Shown here in pieces: positions 9,210-19,274 of a stretch of DNA of 63,693 nt; within the stretch, counting starts at the first letter, position 1; each line of letters begins with the position of its first letter. The stretch lies in the NCBI GenBank assembly GCA_900317295.1, contig ONGB01000001.1, positions 1 through 63,693 of the forward strand. The letters run 5' to 3'. This DNA is from an uncultured Erysipelotrichaceae bacterium (GTDB lineage: Bacteria > Bacillota_I > Bacilli_A > RFN20 > CAG-826). The notes beneath the pieces were generated by a model that had not been told where the DNA came from, searched no databases, and saw only the letters and a program-made list of their open reading frames with translations. The position numbers were made by a program, and so were the translations under genes.

Positions 9210-10640
9210 ATGAAAAACATCAAAGCCAAATCCACGTTGATGGTCACCCTGCTCTCCGCGATGGCCCTTTGCTCTTGCGGCGGCGGCGGATCGAAGATCG
9301 ACCCCTCCGTCGAGCAAGTCTCGATCATGGCCTATAACGGCGGCTACGGCACCGATTGGCTGCAGGATATCTGCGAGGAATTCACCCGTCAGACCGGCAT
9401 CATCGCCACCTATTCCCCGGACTCCACGATCCTCAACAAGATCGAATCCCAGCTCACCGGCACCTGCGAATACGACATCTTCATGTCCCACGGCCTCGCT
9501 TGGCAGAACTTCGCCAGCCGCGGCCTCCTCGCTCCGCTAGATGACCTTTACGCCTCCGAAGTCGAAGGCGGCGTCACCTTTGAATCCCGCGTCTTGCCGG
9601 AAGCCTTGAGCCATGTCCGCTATATCGACAAAGACGAAACCGAGCATTATTTCAAAGTCCCGTTCACCCAGGGTTTGGGCGGCTTTATCTACAACGTCGA
9701 CATGTTCGAAGAAAAAGGCTGGGCGATTCCCAAGACCTATGACGAATTGACCGCGCTTTGCGCCCAGATCGTCTCCGACACCGGCGGAGCCGTCAAACCG
9801 TTCGCCTGGGCCGCCGCCCGCGACTATTACTGGGATTACCCGATCTATGAATGGTGGGCGGAGCTCGAAGGCAAGGAGAACTATGAGAAATGGTTCGACC
9901 TCAAAGGGGCCGACGGGACCTATGCGAGCGGTTACGAGTCCTATGACCCGAACGGCAAATTCTCCAACTTCAAGAAAGCCTTCAAGATGTGGTTCGACCT
10001 CGTCGGCACCCATCCCGAATACTGCAACGACAAAGCCTATAGCGCTTCCCTTTTGACCGCGCAGAACCAATTCTTCAACCAGAAGGCCGCGATGATCCCC
10101 TACGCCCAGTGGTGCAAGAAAGAGATCGAGAAGGCGATGAAGAAGAGCTTCACCTTCAACATCGCGATGATGCCGACCCCCAAAGCCAAATCCACCACGG
10201 CGAAGAACGTCAACTTCATGGTCGGCTTCGGCGATTCGATGATCGTCCCGAAGAAGGCGCGCCACCTCGAGAACGCGAAGAAGTTCCTCGCTTTCCTCTC
10301 TAGCGAATACGCCTGCAAAACCTTCGTCGAGAAGGCCGATGGCCCCTTCCTCGGCTTTGATTATTCCGGCATCGACCTATCTTCGATCACCGCGAATAAC
10401 ACCTATATCGCCTCGCTCCATAACATCCTGACGTCCTCGGAGAACATCTCCACCGACTCCAATAACCCGATTCTGGTCACTAACGGCGATACCTTCATCC
10501 AGCCGTGGGTTAACAATAAGCGTTATTACAAAGAAGTCTCCTCCGGTCAGGCCACTAGCGTCGACGCGATCATGAACGAAGTCTATGAGACCGCCAGGGA
10601 CGCCTGGCCCGCTTGGGTGCGCAACGCAGGGGTGCGGTAA
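9210..10640 (+). CDS. ABC transporter sugar-binding lipoprotein (solute-binding protein family 1)
   Basis: AGGAG RBS. Lipoprotein signal ...LLSAMALCSCGGGG. Size and Trp/Tyr-rich composition are typical of oligosaccharide SBPs. Directly followed by two permease genes. Confidence 0.8.
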   Translation: MKNIKAKSTLMVTLLSAMALCSCGGGGSKIDPSVEQVSIMAYNGGYGTDWLQDICEEFTRQTGIIATYSPDSTILNKIESQLTGTCEYDIFMSHGLAWQNFASRGLLAPLDDLYASEVEGGVTFESRVLPEALSHVRYIDKDETEHYFKVPFTQGLGGFIYNVDMFEEKGWAIPKTYDELTALCAQIVSDTGGAVKPFAWAAARDYYWDYPIYEWWAELEGKENYEKWFDLKGADGTYASGYESYDPNGKFSNFKKAFKMWFDLVGTHPEYCNDKAYSASLLTAQNQFFNQKAAMIPYAQWCKKEIEKAMKKSFTFNIAMMPTPKAKSTTAKNVNFMVGFGDSMIVPKKARHLENAKKFLAFLSSEYACKTFVEKADGPFLGFDYSGIDLSSITANNTYIASLHNILTSSENISTDSNNPILVTNGDTFIQPWVNNKRYYKEVSSGQATSVDAIMNEVYETARDAWPAWVRNAGVR

Positions 10641-10642
10641 GC

Positions 10643-11587
10643 ATGTTCGGCGCCTTCACCCGAAGAGACAACGCGCCGAAGAAGGCCTCTCCGCGCAGGA
10701 AACGCTTCATCTCACGGACGAGCATCTTCATCATTTTGATGCTGCTCTACCCCATCGTGCAGTTCTGCATCATGTGGTTCGGGGTCAACATCAACTCCAT
10801 TTTATTGACCTTCCAAAACACCGAAGGGCATTACTATTCCTGGAACGATCTCTTCCATAACTACGTCACCGTCTTCCAAGAGCTCGACACCAAGTCGATG
10901 CGGGAGATGCTTTCCGCCTCCTTCGCCTACGTGATCCTGAATTGCTTCATCACGTTGCCGATCTCCTTGCTTTTCTCCTATTTCATCTTCAAGAAGATCT
11001 ACGCGGCCGGGGTGTTCAAAGCCTTGTTCTACCTCCCGGCGATTTTGCCGGTCATCTCCTTGACCTTCGTCTTCACCCTCGCCTTCTCCAATACCCCGGA
11101 CGCGACGGGTTTCATGGCGACCATCATGTCGTGGTTCGGGCTCGACACCTCGACGTGGTTCTTCGGCGACATGGCCAAATGGATGGTCTGGATCTTCTGC
11201 TTCTGGACCGGCATCGGGTATGACGTGATGCTTTTGACCGCCGGGATGTCGCGCATCCCCAAGGAATTGCTCGAATCCGCGAAGATGGACGGCATCTCCG
11301 CGATGAAGGAATTCATCTACGTCGTCATCCCGCTGACCTGGCCGACGATCACCACCCTCTTCATCTTCGCGATGATGGGGTTCTTCGGCACCTTCCTCCA
11401 GCCGATGTTATTGGTCGAAGGCCAATATGGCACGAAGACCATCGGCCTGCAGATCTTCTATGAAGCCGATACCCCGGGCCGCGTCCATGCGGCGACGTTA
11501 GGGTTGCTTTGCACCATCGTCGGCTCCCCGATCATCCTCGGGGTCCGTTCACTTCTTAACCACTTCTTCAAGGAGGTCAATTTCTAA
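10643..11587 (+). CDS. ABC sugar transporter permease (MalF/LplB-like)
   Basis: Six or more TM segments. EAA-type loop ESAKMDGISAMKEFIYVVIP. The ATG at 10643, just after the SBP stop, is preferred over the overlapping 10613. Confidence 0.85.
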   Translation: MFGAFTRRDNAPKKASPRRKRFISRTSIFIILMLLYPIVQFCIMWFGVNINSILLTFQNTEGHYYSWNDLFHNYVTVFQELDTKSMREMLSASFAYVILNCFITLPISLLFSYFIFKKIYAAGVFKALFYLPAILPVISLTFVFTLAFSNTPDATGFMATIMSWFGLDTSTWFFGDMAKWMVWIFCFWTGIGYDVMLLTAGMSRIPKELLESAKMDGISAMKEFIYVVIPLTWPTITTLFIFAMMGFFGTFLQPMLLVEGQYGTKTIGLQIFYEADTPGRVHAATLGLLCTIVGSPIILGVRSLLNHFFKEVNF

Positions 11588-12534
11588 TGGCTTCCGTGAG
11601 TTCCCGCATCCGCGGCTTTTTCAAGAAGAAACGCGACGACCGCCGGAAAGAGGCGTATGTGCGCAAAAACAATATCCTTTATTCCCGCAAGAAAGGCGAG
11701 AAGGCCCTTTTCATCGTCTTCTTCGTGATCTTCCTCGTCTTCGCCGCTTCTTACATCTATCCCTTCCTTTGGCTATTGATGAACTCCTTCAAGACCCAAA
11801 CGGAATTCATCAACAACTTCGGCGGCTTCCCCCGCGCCCCGACTTTTGAGAACTTCATCGAAGCCTTCTCCTTCTCCTCGCCGGAGACCAATGGGTTCAC
11901 CGTCGTGCAGATGCTCGGGATGTCGGTTTTGGTCTCGGTCTCCGGCACCTTGGCCGCCGTCTTCACCTCGTCCTGCGCCGCCTATGTTGTCGCCAAATAC
12001 GACTTCCCCGGGCGCAAGATCATCTTCGGGGTCGTCATCTTCACGATGATCATCCCCATCGTCGGCTCCTTGCCCTCGCAGATTGCGTTGATGAAGGCGA
12101 TGCACCTCGATCAGAAAGTCATCGGCCTCGTCTTCCTCTATTCCGGCGCCTTCGGCATGAACTTCATGCTTCTCTACGCCTTCTTCAAGAACCTCTCTTG
12201 GAGTTATGTCGAGGCGGCGAAGATCGATGGCGCGAGCGATTTCCGCATCTTCTGGTCGATCATAATCCCGATGGCCAAAGGCCCGATGACCGCGATCGCG
12301 ATCATCACGCTTATCGGCCAATGGTCGGACTACATGACCCCGATGATCTACCTATCGACCAAACCGACCCTCTCCGTCGGCTTGAAGCTGCTTAGCGACA
12401 CGATGATGATCGATGGTAACTACACGATCCTCTTCGCGACCATCGTCATCTCGATCCTGCCCGTCGTCATCGGGTTCATCGCTTTCAACAAAACCATCAT
12501 GGAAAACACCGCCGTCGGCGGATTAAAAGGATAA
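11587..12534 (+). CDS. ABC sugar transporter permease (MalG/LplC-like)
   Basis: EAA loop EAAKIDGASDFRIFWSIIIPMAKG. TAATG overlap with the upstream permease gene. Confidence 0.85.
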   Translation: MASVSSRIRGFFKKKRDDRRKEAYVRKNNILYSRKKGEKALFIVFFVIFLVFAASYIYPFLWLLMNSFKTQTEFINNFGGFPRAPTFENFIEAFSFSSPETNGFTVVQMLGMSVLVSVSGTLAAVFTSSCAAYVVAKYDFPGRKIIFGVVIFTMIIPIVGSLPSQIALMKAMHLDQKVIGLVFLYSGAFGMNFMLLYAFFKNLSWSYVEAAKIDGASDFRIFWSIIIPMAKGPMTAIAIITLIGQWSDYMTPMIYLSTKPTLSVGLKLLSDTMMIDGNYTILFATIVISILPVVIGFIAFNKTIMENTAVGGLKG

Positions 12535-12551
12535 CTTTGGGAGGTATGAAA

Positions 12552-13916
12552 ATGAAAAAACCGGTTACCTTGCTCCTTCTCTCTGCGTCGCTATTTCTCG
12601 CCGCCTGCTCCGATGGCGGTAAAACGACCCCCGCGGTCGATCCGAGCGCGATCACCATCGTCGTCGCCGGCCCCACCAGCGTCGAAGTGGGCAAAACGAT
12701 CAAGCTCAACATCACCTTGACCAACGATAGCGAGCGCCTCGGCTTCGATGTCGAAAGCTCCGACCCGACCATCGCCTCCGTCGATGGGGAAGGCCGCGTC
12801 ACCGGCAAGAAGGTCGGCAACGTCATCATCACCGCCTCCTCGTCCAAAGACCCCTCCGTCAAAGCGACCTATGAAATCGAAGTCACCGAATCGAGCGTCC
12901 CGACGCTTAGCCTACATGCCGACCGCGACATCATCACCCTCGGCAGCGGCACCCTCACCTTCACCGCGAATCTCAATAACCCGACCCCCTATACCCCTGA
13001 ATACCTCTGGGAATCGGTCAACGGGAACATCTCCCCGCTTGGCGCCCGCAACCCCCGCGGCACCTTCCAGACCGTCTCCGCGGGCGGCGACACCGTCAAA
13101 TTGACCGTCCACGTCGGCCCCTATCTCCTCTCCGCCCAAACCTATGTCGTTGTTCAGCCGAACTATGAAGACGGCACCTGGCTATCGATCACCGACAAAG
13201 ACACTTTCGTCTCCAAACTTCTCACCAACAACACCGTCACGGGCAACTTCGCCCTCGACGCGGACATCGACCTCGAGGGGATGGAGATCCCGAAGTCCGG
13301 CCGCACCTTCGCCGGCGTGCTCGAAGGCAAAGGCCACACGATCTCCAACTTCAAAGTCCACGGCGCCCAAGATGGCAACATCTATAACTCCGCAGGCATG
13401 TGGAACAGCGTCACCGGCGCGATCCGCGACACCGCCTTCGACGGGGAAATCGATGAGCTCGGCTCCGGCTGGGGCGGCGCCTTGATCGCCGCGGAAGCCC
13501 CGGGCGTCTTCGAAAACCTCTTCGTCCATGTCAACCATAGCTTCGATAATGGCCAGAAACAGAAAGAGGGCTGGGTCGCTTTCAACGCCGCCCTCGTCGG
13601 CGTCGCCAAAGAAGGCGGTCGCTTCCATGACCTCGTCATCGAAGTCGCCGATAACGAAGGCAAAGCCACCTGCTATGCCGATACCGCCTATCCTGCGGGC
13701 AGGGTCGGAGCGCAGACCTTCAAATTCGATAACCTCTATACCAATTCGACCGTCGTCGGCGGGCAAACTTGGGACTGGGGCGACGCCGTCAGCGATCTCT
13801 CTGGCTACTACACCGGCATCAACTTCGCCGGCCAGGACGCTTCCCTCTACCGTCTCAATCCGACTTTGTGGAACCTTGAAAGCGGCGTCAAGCCGACCCT
13901 CAAGGTCCGGGAGTAA
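12552..13916 (+). CDS. lipoprotein with Big_2 domain and GLUG-like beta-helix module (paralog 2)
   Basis: GGGAGG RBS 7 nt before the ATG at 12552. Signal MKKPVTLLLLSASLFLAAC. Motif FAGVLEGKGHTISNF. C-terminal end WNLESGVKPTL. Confidence 0.75.
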   Translation: MKKPVTLLLLSASLFLAACSDGGKTTPAVDPSAITIVVAGPTSVEVGKTIKLNITLTNDSERLGFDVESSDPTIASVDGEGRVTGKKVGNVIITASSSKDPSVKATYEIEVTESSVPTLSLHADRDIITLGSGTLTFTANLNNPTPYTPEYLWESVNGNISPLGARNPRGTFQTVSAGGDTVKLTVHVGPYLLSAQTYVVVQPNYEDGTWLSITDKDTFVSKLLTNNTVTGNFALDADIDLEGMEIPKSGRTFAGVLEGKGHTISNFKVHGAQDGNIYNSAGMWNSVTGAIRDTAFDGEIDELGSGWGGALIAAEAPGVFENLFVHVNHSFDNGQKQKEGWVAFNAALVGVAKEGGRFHDLVIEVADNEGKATCYADTAYPAGRVGAQTFKFDNLYTNSTVVGGQTWDWGDAVSDLSGYYTGINFAGQDASLYRLNPTLWNLESGVKPTLKVRE

Positions 13917-13922
13917 ACATCT

Positions 13923-15290
13923 ATGAGAATTCCCTTCCTATTCCTTTCCGCGCTGGCGACTTTGTCACTGGTCTCCTGCGGCAATTCCGGCCCGAAAGGC
14001 GCGGCGATCCGCGATGGCGATGTCGTCTTCACCAAGACCCCCTACGTCGATCTTTCCGCTTTGCCCGAGCGGCTGAACCTCGAGGTGGAAGTCACGGGGA
14101 AAATCACCCGTCTCCAAGTCGGGACCCAGGTCCTTTTGAACGAGAATAGCGGCAAGTATTCCTACGCCAAAGGCATTTTGACCATCGATACCTCCGCCTT
14201 TAAGGACAAAGACGGCGAATTGCTCATCGGCCCGGGCGATCAGCCGATCCGCATCTACGCGGACACCACGGTCACCACGAGCTGCCTCTTCGTCAGCAAA
14301 GTGATCAAGACCGCGGAAGACCTAGTGGCGATCAATCAAGGCGGAAGCGCCGCCCTCCAAGGCGCCTATATCCTTGGCAATGACATCGATTGCTCCTCCA
14401 TCGCCAACTTCGAGCCGCTAGGCTATAGCGATACCGATGACGGCACGCACTATAACGAGCAGTTCAACGGCATCTTCGATGGCAATGGCTATTCCATCAA
14501 GAACGTCACCACCAAATATTCGAATAACCCCGCCTCCTATAAGGAAATCTTCGACGGGAATTACCAATTCGAAGACGAAGCCCACAAAACCGGCAACAAA
14601 TTCGGTTTCTTCCAAGAAATCGGCGGCGCGGGCGTCGTGCGCAACGTCGCCTTCGATAACGTCTCAATCACGGGACGCACCATAGTCGGCATCGTTGCCG
14701 GGCTCAACTCCGGCCGCATCGAAAACGTGTTGGTCAAAGAGAATTGCCGCGCCCTCATGTCCACCCATTTCTATGATGAGACCTGCGCCTTAGGCGGCAT
14801 CGCCGGGGTCATCTCCTCCTCCGACACCGCCATCGTCGAGCACTGTCTCTCCTTGGCCACCGACCTCAATATCGTCGAGACCTACGTCGATTACGATGAA
14901 GAGGCCTATTACGAAGAAGACCATGGGATCACCCATACCTTCTATAACGGCGAGCTTGGCTGGGACGATTCCAACGGTAAGCGCGCGAATAACATCTACT
15001 CCGGCGTTGGCCTCACATATGGCGTCGCCAGCGAGAACCTCGGGAAGCTCTTCAACGTCACCCCGACTGGGCTGCCCGCCGACTTCTCGCAGACCCACAT
15101 CGAGGCCAACAAAGAGAAAGACGGCCCCGACTGCGGGATGCTCACCGACTGCGACATGCTCTCGGTGACCGAACTGAAGACTGCCGCCCCGTATGAGGCC
15201 CATAACTTCGATACCTCCGTTTGGAACCTCAAAGAGGGTGTCTTCCCGTCCTTCAAGGCGGTTTACCCCTCCCGCATCTACAAGGCCTAA
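13923..15290 (+). CDS. lipoprotein with GLUG-like beta-helix module (paralog 3)
   Basis: Signal MRIPFLFLSALATLSLVSC. Motif FNGIFDGNGYSIKNV ... FGFFQEIGGAGVVRNVAFDNVSITG...VGIVAGLNSGRIENV. C-terminal end WNLKEGVFPSF. Confidence 0.75.
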   Translation: MRIPFLFLSALATLSLVSCGNSGPKGAAIRDGDVVFTKTPYVDLSALPERLNLEVEVTGKITRLQVGTQVLLNENSGKYSYAKGILTIDTSAFKDKDGELLIGPGDQPIRIYADTTVTTSCLFVSKVIKTAEDLVAINQGGSAALQGAYILGNDIDCSSIANFEPLGYSDTDDGTHYNEQFNGIFDGNGYSIKNVTTKYSNNPASYKEIFDGNYQFEDEAHKTGNKFGFFQEIGGAGVVRNVAFDNVSITGRTIVGIVAGLNSGRIENVLVKENCRALMSTHFYDETCALGGIAGVISSSDTAIVEHCLSLATDLNIVETYVDYDEEAYYEEDHGITHTFYNGELGWDDSNGKRANNIYSGVGLTYGVASENLGKLFNVTPTGLPADFSQTHIEANKEKDGPDCGMLTDCDMLSVTELKTAAPYEAHNFDTSVWNLKEGVFPSFKAVYPSRIYKA

Positions 15291-15313
15291 GGCCTAAGAA
15301 AGGAAAGATCCCG

Positions 15314-16708
15314 ATGAAAAAGCGTTTCTTCTTGCTCGCTTCCGCCTCCTTGCTTTCCCTCGCCTCCTGCGGCGGCTCCGCCCCGGAGAAAAGCAAAGAG
15401 CTTTCGCTTTCTTTCCTCGCGGATAACCCGACCACTTTGACCGTCGGCCAAGTGACGAAAATCGGGGTCGATTTCCAAAACGGCGGGGGACAGTCACTCA
15501 TTTACGCAATCGATGACCCCCTCATCGGCAGCGTCGACCAGCAGGGGAACGTCACCCCGCTTCGTAGCGGCGTCCTCTCCCTCACCGTCACCCCGTCGGA
15601 AGACGAAGAGAAGGCCATTCAGACCTATCTCGAGGTCAAATACCCGACCGGCATCAGCGTCGAATTCTCCCGCAAGACGACCACGTTGGCCGTCGGAAAC
15701 ACTTATGCCTTCCAAGCCCGCGTGACCGGGGATAGTTCCAACCAAGGCGTCGGTTACCAAGTCAATAACCACGCGCTGGCCTCGATCACCCAAGAAGGCG
15801 AACTCACCATCCTCTCCAAAGGGGTGGATGAGAAAGTTACCGTCACCGCCTATTCCTTGGCCAATCCCGACGCCACCGCGGATGTGGTGGTCTCCATCAC
15901 CGGCGAGCAGCCCACCGAAGGCATCGAGACGGTCCATGGGTATTCCCTCATCTTCAAAGACGATTTCTCCGATGGGAGATTAAGCGACGCCAACTGGACC
16001 TATATGACCGGCGATGGCTCCGCTTATGATGTCGTCTCCGGCTGGGGCAACGAAGAACAGGAGTTCTACCGCAAGGAGAACGTCAAGGTGGTCGACGGCA
16101 AGATGATCATCACCGCGAAGAAGGCGGATGCCTTGAAGAACAAGGGAATGCCCTATACCTCCGGACGCATCCGCTCCAAAAACAAAGTCTCGTATAAATA
16201 CGGCCGGATTGAAGCGCGCATCGCCTGCCCGTTCGGGTCGGGGATCTGGCCCGCTTTCTGGATGTTACCGGAGTCCGAAGGCACTTCCGCCTATGGCGGA
16301 TGGCCCAATTCCGGCGAGATCGACATCATGGAAGCCAAAGGCCGCATCAAATATTCGACCGATGGCACGATCCACTTCGCCGACTCCACCGGTGCCCATA
16401 CCTACCGTTTCGGAACCTACGTCATGCCCGAGGGGCAGGATATCTCGCAGTTCCACGACTACGCGGTCGAATGGGACGAAGGGGAGATCCGTTGGTATGT
16501 CGATGGCAATCTCTACCATAGGTGCAACGCGGAAACCAAACCCTGGTCCGTCAAGACGGGCACCGGGGAATTCCCCGCGCCGTTCGATAAGAAGTTCCAT
16601 CTTCTCTTCAACATGGCGGTCGGCGGCAATTACGACGGCTACCGCATGCCCAGCGAAGACGAAACCCCGGCCCAATTGAAGGTCGAATACGTGAAGTGGT
16701 ATCAATGA
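15314..16708 (+). CDS. lipoprotein GH16 endo-beta-1,3-glucanase (laminarinase-type) with two Big_2 domains
   Basis: Signal [21 protein letters not shown]16 catalytic motif [10 protein letters not shown] (16313..16333) with WPAFWMLP. The ORF-track start at 15221 overlaps the upstream gene and is rejected. Confidence 0.85.
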   Translation: MKKRFFLLASASLLSLASCGGSAPEKSKELSLSFLADNPTTLTVGQVTKIGVDFQNGGGQSLIYAIDDPLIGSVDQQGNVTPLRSGVLSLTVTPSEDEEKAIQTYLEVKYPTGISVEFSRKTTTLAVGNTYAFQARVTGDSSNQGVGYQVNNHALASITQEGELTILSKGVDEKVTVTAYSLANPDATADVVVSITGEQPTEGIETVHGYSLIFKDDFSDGRLSDANWTYMTGDGSAYDVVSGWGNEEQEFYRKENVKVVDGKMIITAKKADALKNKGMPYTSGRIRSKNKVSYKYGRIEARIACPFGSGIWPAFWMLPESEGTSAYGGWPNSGEIDIMEAKGRIKYSTDGTIHFADSTGAHTYRFGTYVMPEGQDISQFHDYAVEWDEGEIRWYVDGNLYHRCNAETKPWSVKTGTGEFPAPFDKKFHLLFNMAVGGNYDGYRMPSEDETPAQLKVEYVKWYQ

Positions 16709-16722
16709 AAGGAGCGCCCAGC

Positions 16723-18156
16723 ATGGAAAAACTCACCCGAGAAGAAAAGAAAGCCCGCCGGCTGGAACAGCGGCGCTTAGAGAAAGAGCAAGCGGCCGAA
16801 GAACGGCTTCTAGAGAAGAAGCGCGACCTCGTCTACAAAGACACGATCGCCCTGCAAAAACGCTCCGAAAAAGAAGAAAAGATCGCCCCGGCGGATTCTT
16901 TCATCTCCCTCCAGCATATCAACAAGATCTACGGCAACCACGTCCAGGCCGTCTTTGATTTCAATCTCGAGATCAAGAAGAACGAATTCATCGTCCTCGT
17001 CGGCCCCTCAGGATGCGGCAAATCGACGACCCTCCGCATGGTCGCGGGTTTGGAGAACATCACCTCCGGCGACCTTTATATCGATGGGGTCTACGCGAAT
17101 AACCTCGAACCGAAAGACCGTAACCTGACCATGGTCTTCCAAAATTACGCCCTCTACCCCCATATGTCCGTCTACACGAATATGGCGTTTGGGCTCAAGA
17201 TGCGCAAATTCCCGAAGGCCGAAATCGACCGTCGCGTCCACGCCGCGGCGAAAACCTTGCAATTAGAAGAATACCTCGACCGCAAACCGGGCGAGCTTTC
17301 CGGGGGCCAATGCCAGCGCGTCGCTTTGGGCAGGGCGATCGTCCGCGAGACCGGCGTGTTCTTGATGGACGAGCCGCTATCGAACCTCGACGCCAAACTC
17401 CGCGTGCAAATGCGCTCGGAAATCGTCGCCCTCCACGAGGCGATCGGGGCCACGACCATCTATGTCACCCACGACCAGACCGAGGCGATGACGATGGCCA
17501 CCCGCATCGTCGTCATGAAAGGCGGCTACATCCAGCAGATCGGCACCCCGAAAGAGGTTTATAACAACCCCACGAACACCTTCGTCGCCACCTTCATCGG
17601 CTCCCCGGCGATGAATATTCTCACCGCCGAATATGACCATGGCAAACTCCGCTTGGCCAATGGCTTCGAAATCGCGTTGCCGTCTTCTTTCGTCAAAGGC
17701 CACGACGCCTTCTATTTCGCCCAAGAAGCGGAAATCGAGGAGAAGATCGCCGCTCTTCGCGCGGAACTCGAAGACCCCGAGCTTGGCGAATCCCTGAAGC
17801 AAATCCATCTCGATGAGATCAATAAACTCGAGGAAAACGCCGCGAAATTCCGCCTGATCGCCGAAAGCAAATGCCATCCGATCAAATTGGGCATCCGCCC
17901 GGAGGACGTCTATGAATCCGGCGAACCGACCGAAGCCACGAAGCTCACCGCCTCGATGGAAGTGGAGGTCTTCTCCGCCGAATACCTCGGGAAGGAATAC
18001 TTCGTCCACGCCGATGTCGGCGAGGAGCGCCTCATCGCCAAACTCTCGGCGAAAAAGGACATCGCCGCCCACGAAAAGATCTCCCTCTGCTTCGACCTTG
18101 GGAAGATCCACCTTTTCGACGAAATCACCACCAACAGCATCCCCGCGGTAGAATAA
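16723..18156 (+). CDS. MsmK/MalK-type sugar ABC ATPase with a ~65-aa K/E-rich N-terminal extension and a coiled-coil-like insertion in the C-terminal domain
   Basis: AGGAG 8 nt before the ATG at 16723. Walker [10 protein letters not shown], signature LSGGQCQR, Walker [12 protein letters not shown]. Extension: [33 protein letters not shown]. Insertion: [42 protein letters not shown]. Confidence 0.85.
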   Translation: MEKLTREEKKARRLEQRRLEKEQAAEERLLEKKRDLVYKDTIALQKRSEKEEKIAPADSFISLQHINKIYGNHVQAVFDFNLEIKKNEFIVLVGPSGCGKSTTLRMVAGLENITSGDLYIDGVYANNLEPKDRNLTMVFQNYALYPHMSVYTNMAFGLKMRKFPKAEIDRRVHAAAKTLQLEEYLDRKPGELSGGQCQRVALGRAIVRETGVFLMDEPLSNLDAKLRVQMRSEIVALHEAIGATTIYVTHDQTEAMTMATRIVVMKGGYIQQIGTPKEVYNNPTNTFVATFIGSPAMNILTAEYDHGKLRLANGFEIALPSSFVKGHDAFYFAQEAEIEEKIAALRAELEDPELGESLKQIHLDEINKLEENAAKFRLIAESKCHPIKLGIRPEDVYESGEPTEATKLTASMEVEVFSAEYLGKEYFVHADVGEERLIAKLSAKKDIAAHEKISLCFDLGKIHLFDEITTNSIPAVE

Positions 18157-18162
18157 GGGGCC

Positions 18163-18645
18163 ATGGAGAGAGGTTATTTCCTAGAAGAAGAATATCGGGA
18201 TAGCCGTAAGCGATTCACGCTATGGCTGTCCCTTTTCCTTTCGTCTATCTTGCTGCTGGGCTTAACCGTCCTCTTCGTTTTCCTTTTCCAAACGAGGGAG
18301 ACCAAGTTCTTCTTTATCCTTTTCGGCTCTATCCTCTCCGTCATCTTTCTCTTCTTCGCCTTCTTCATCGGCTTTGTATTGCTCCGTCCTTATGCGGGGT
18401 TAATGAAGCTATTTAAGGATTTGAAAGTCCGTCCGAAGAAAGAAGGGGCCATGACATTCCTTTACGCCGAAAAACAGGCGGCGACCTATTATTCCAATGC
18501 CTTTTACCCCGCGTTTTTCCAAGCGGATGGGAAGAAAGCCCGCGTTTATCTATTGGAAGAACAACTTTCCTTATTCGAAGAAGGGAAAACCTATGCATTA
18601 ACGCGCTGCCTTGATGTGGTGCTTTCCGCGGAGGAAACGCGATGA
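18163..18645 (+). CDS. hypothetical membrane protein (2 TM plus soluble tail)
   Basis: ORF with hydrophobic N-terminal half. Its stop overlaps the next start (ATGA). Confidence 0.6.
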   Translation: MERGYFLEEEYRDSRKRFTLWLSLFLSSILLLGLTVLFVFLFQTRETKFFFILFGSILSVIFLFFAFFIGFVLLRPYAGLMKLFKDLKVRPKKEGAMTFLYAEKQAATYYSNAFYPAFFQADGKKARVYLLEEQLSLFEEGKTYALTRCLDVVLSAEETR

Positions 18646-19274
18646 AAGCCCGTCTCCCCAAAGGCGCCTTGGCCCATTTTTGGACCTATAACCTCATCCC
18701 ATTTTTGATCTTGGGGTCGGGGATTTCCTTTGGGCTATACTACGCGGTGGAATCGATCGACGAATATAAAGACCACGAGAAGATCGATCTCTTCTGCGAA
18801 GGCTATTCCTTCCTCGATTCGGAACTGAAGAAAGCGATCCTCGAAGAGAATGAAGGGGTCATCTTCAAAGTGGAGACCCATGTCTATTCCCCGCATATGA
18901 GGGAAATCGCCAAGATGTACGCCGCCTATGGGGAATACGCGGACATCCTCGTCCTAACGGAGAAGGATCTGACCGATATGGACAAGGCCATCGCCACCCG
19001 TTTCCTGTCCATGGAAGGATGTTCCATCCCATCCTCCCTGACCACCTATGAATTCGAAGGCACCCCCTATGCGGTGAAGCTTTTCGATAAGGAAGACGAG
19101 GGGTATAACGCCCATTACGCTTTGGGGGATTGGCTGAAGTTCGATGCGGAATTCGAATCCCTATATTTATTGCTTAACGCCCGTAGCCAAAACATGGGTT
19201 CCCTTAACGCGAAATCCAAAAACGACGCGGGTTTGCATGCGTTTTCGACGATTTTGGAGCGGTATATCCGATGA
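18642..19274 (+). CDS. hypothetical membrane-anchored protein
   Basis: Single N-terminal TM (FWTYNLIPFLILGSGISFGLYYAV) followed by an acidic soluble domain. Overlaps both neighbours by 4 nt. Confidence 0.6.
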   Translation: MKARLPKGALAHFWTYNLIPFLILGSGISFGLYYAVESIDEYKDHEKIDLFCEGYSFLDSELKKAILEENEGVIFKVETHVYSPHMREIAKMYAAYGEYADILVLTEKDLTDMDKAIATRFLSMEGCSIPSSLTTYEFEGTPYAVKLFDKEDEGYNAHYALGDWLKFDAEFESLYLLLNARSQNMGSLNAKSKNDAGLHAFSTILERYIR

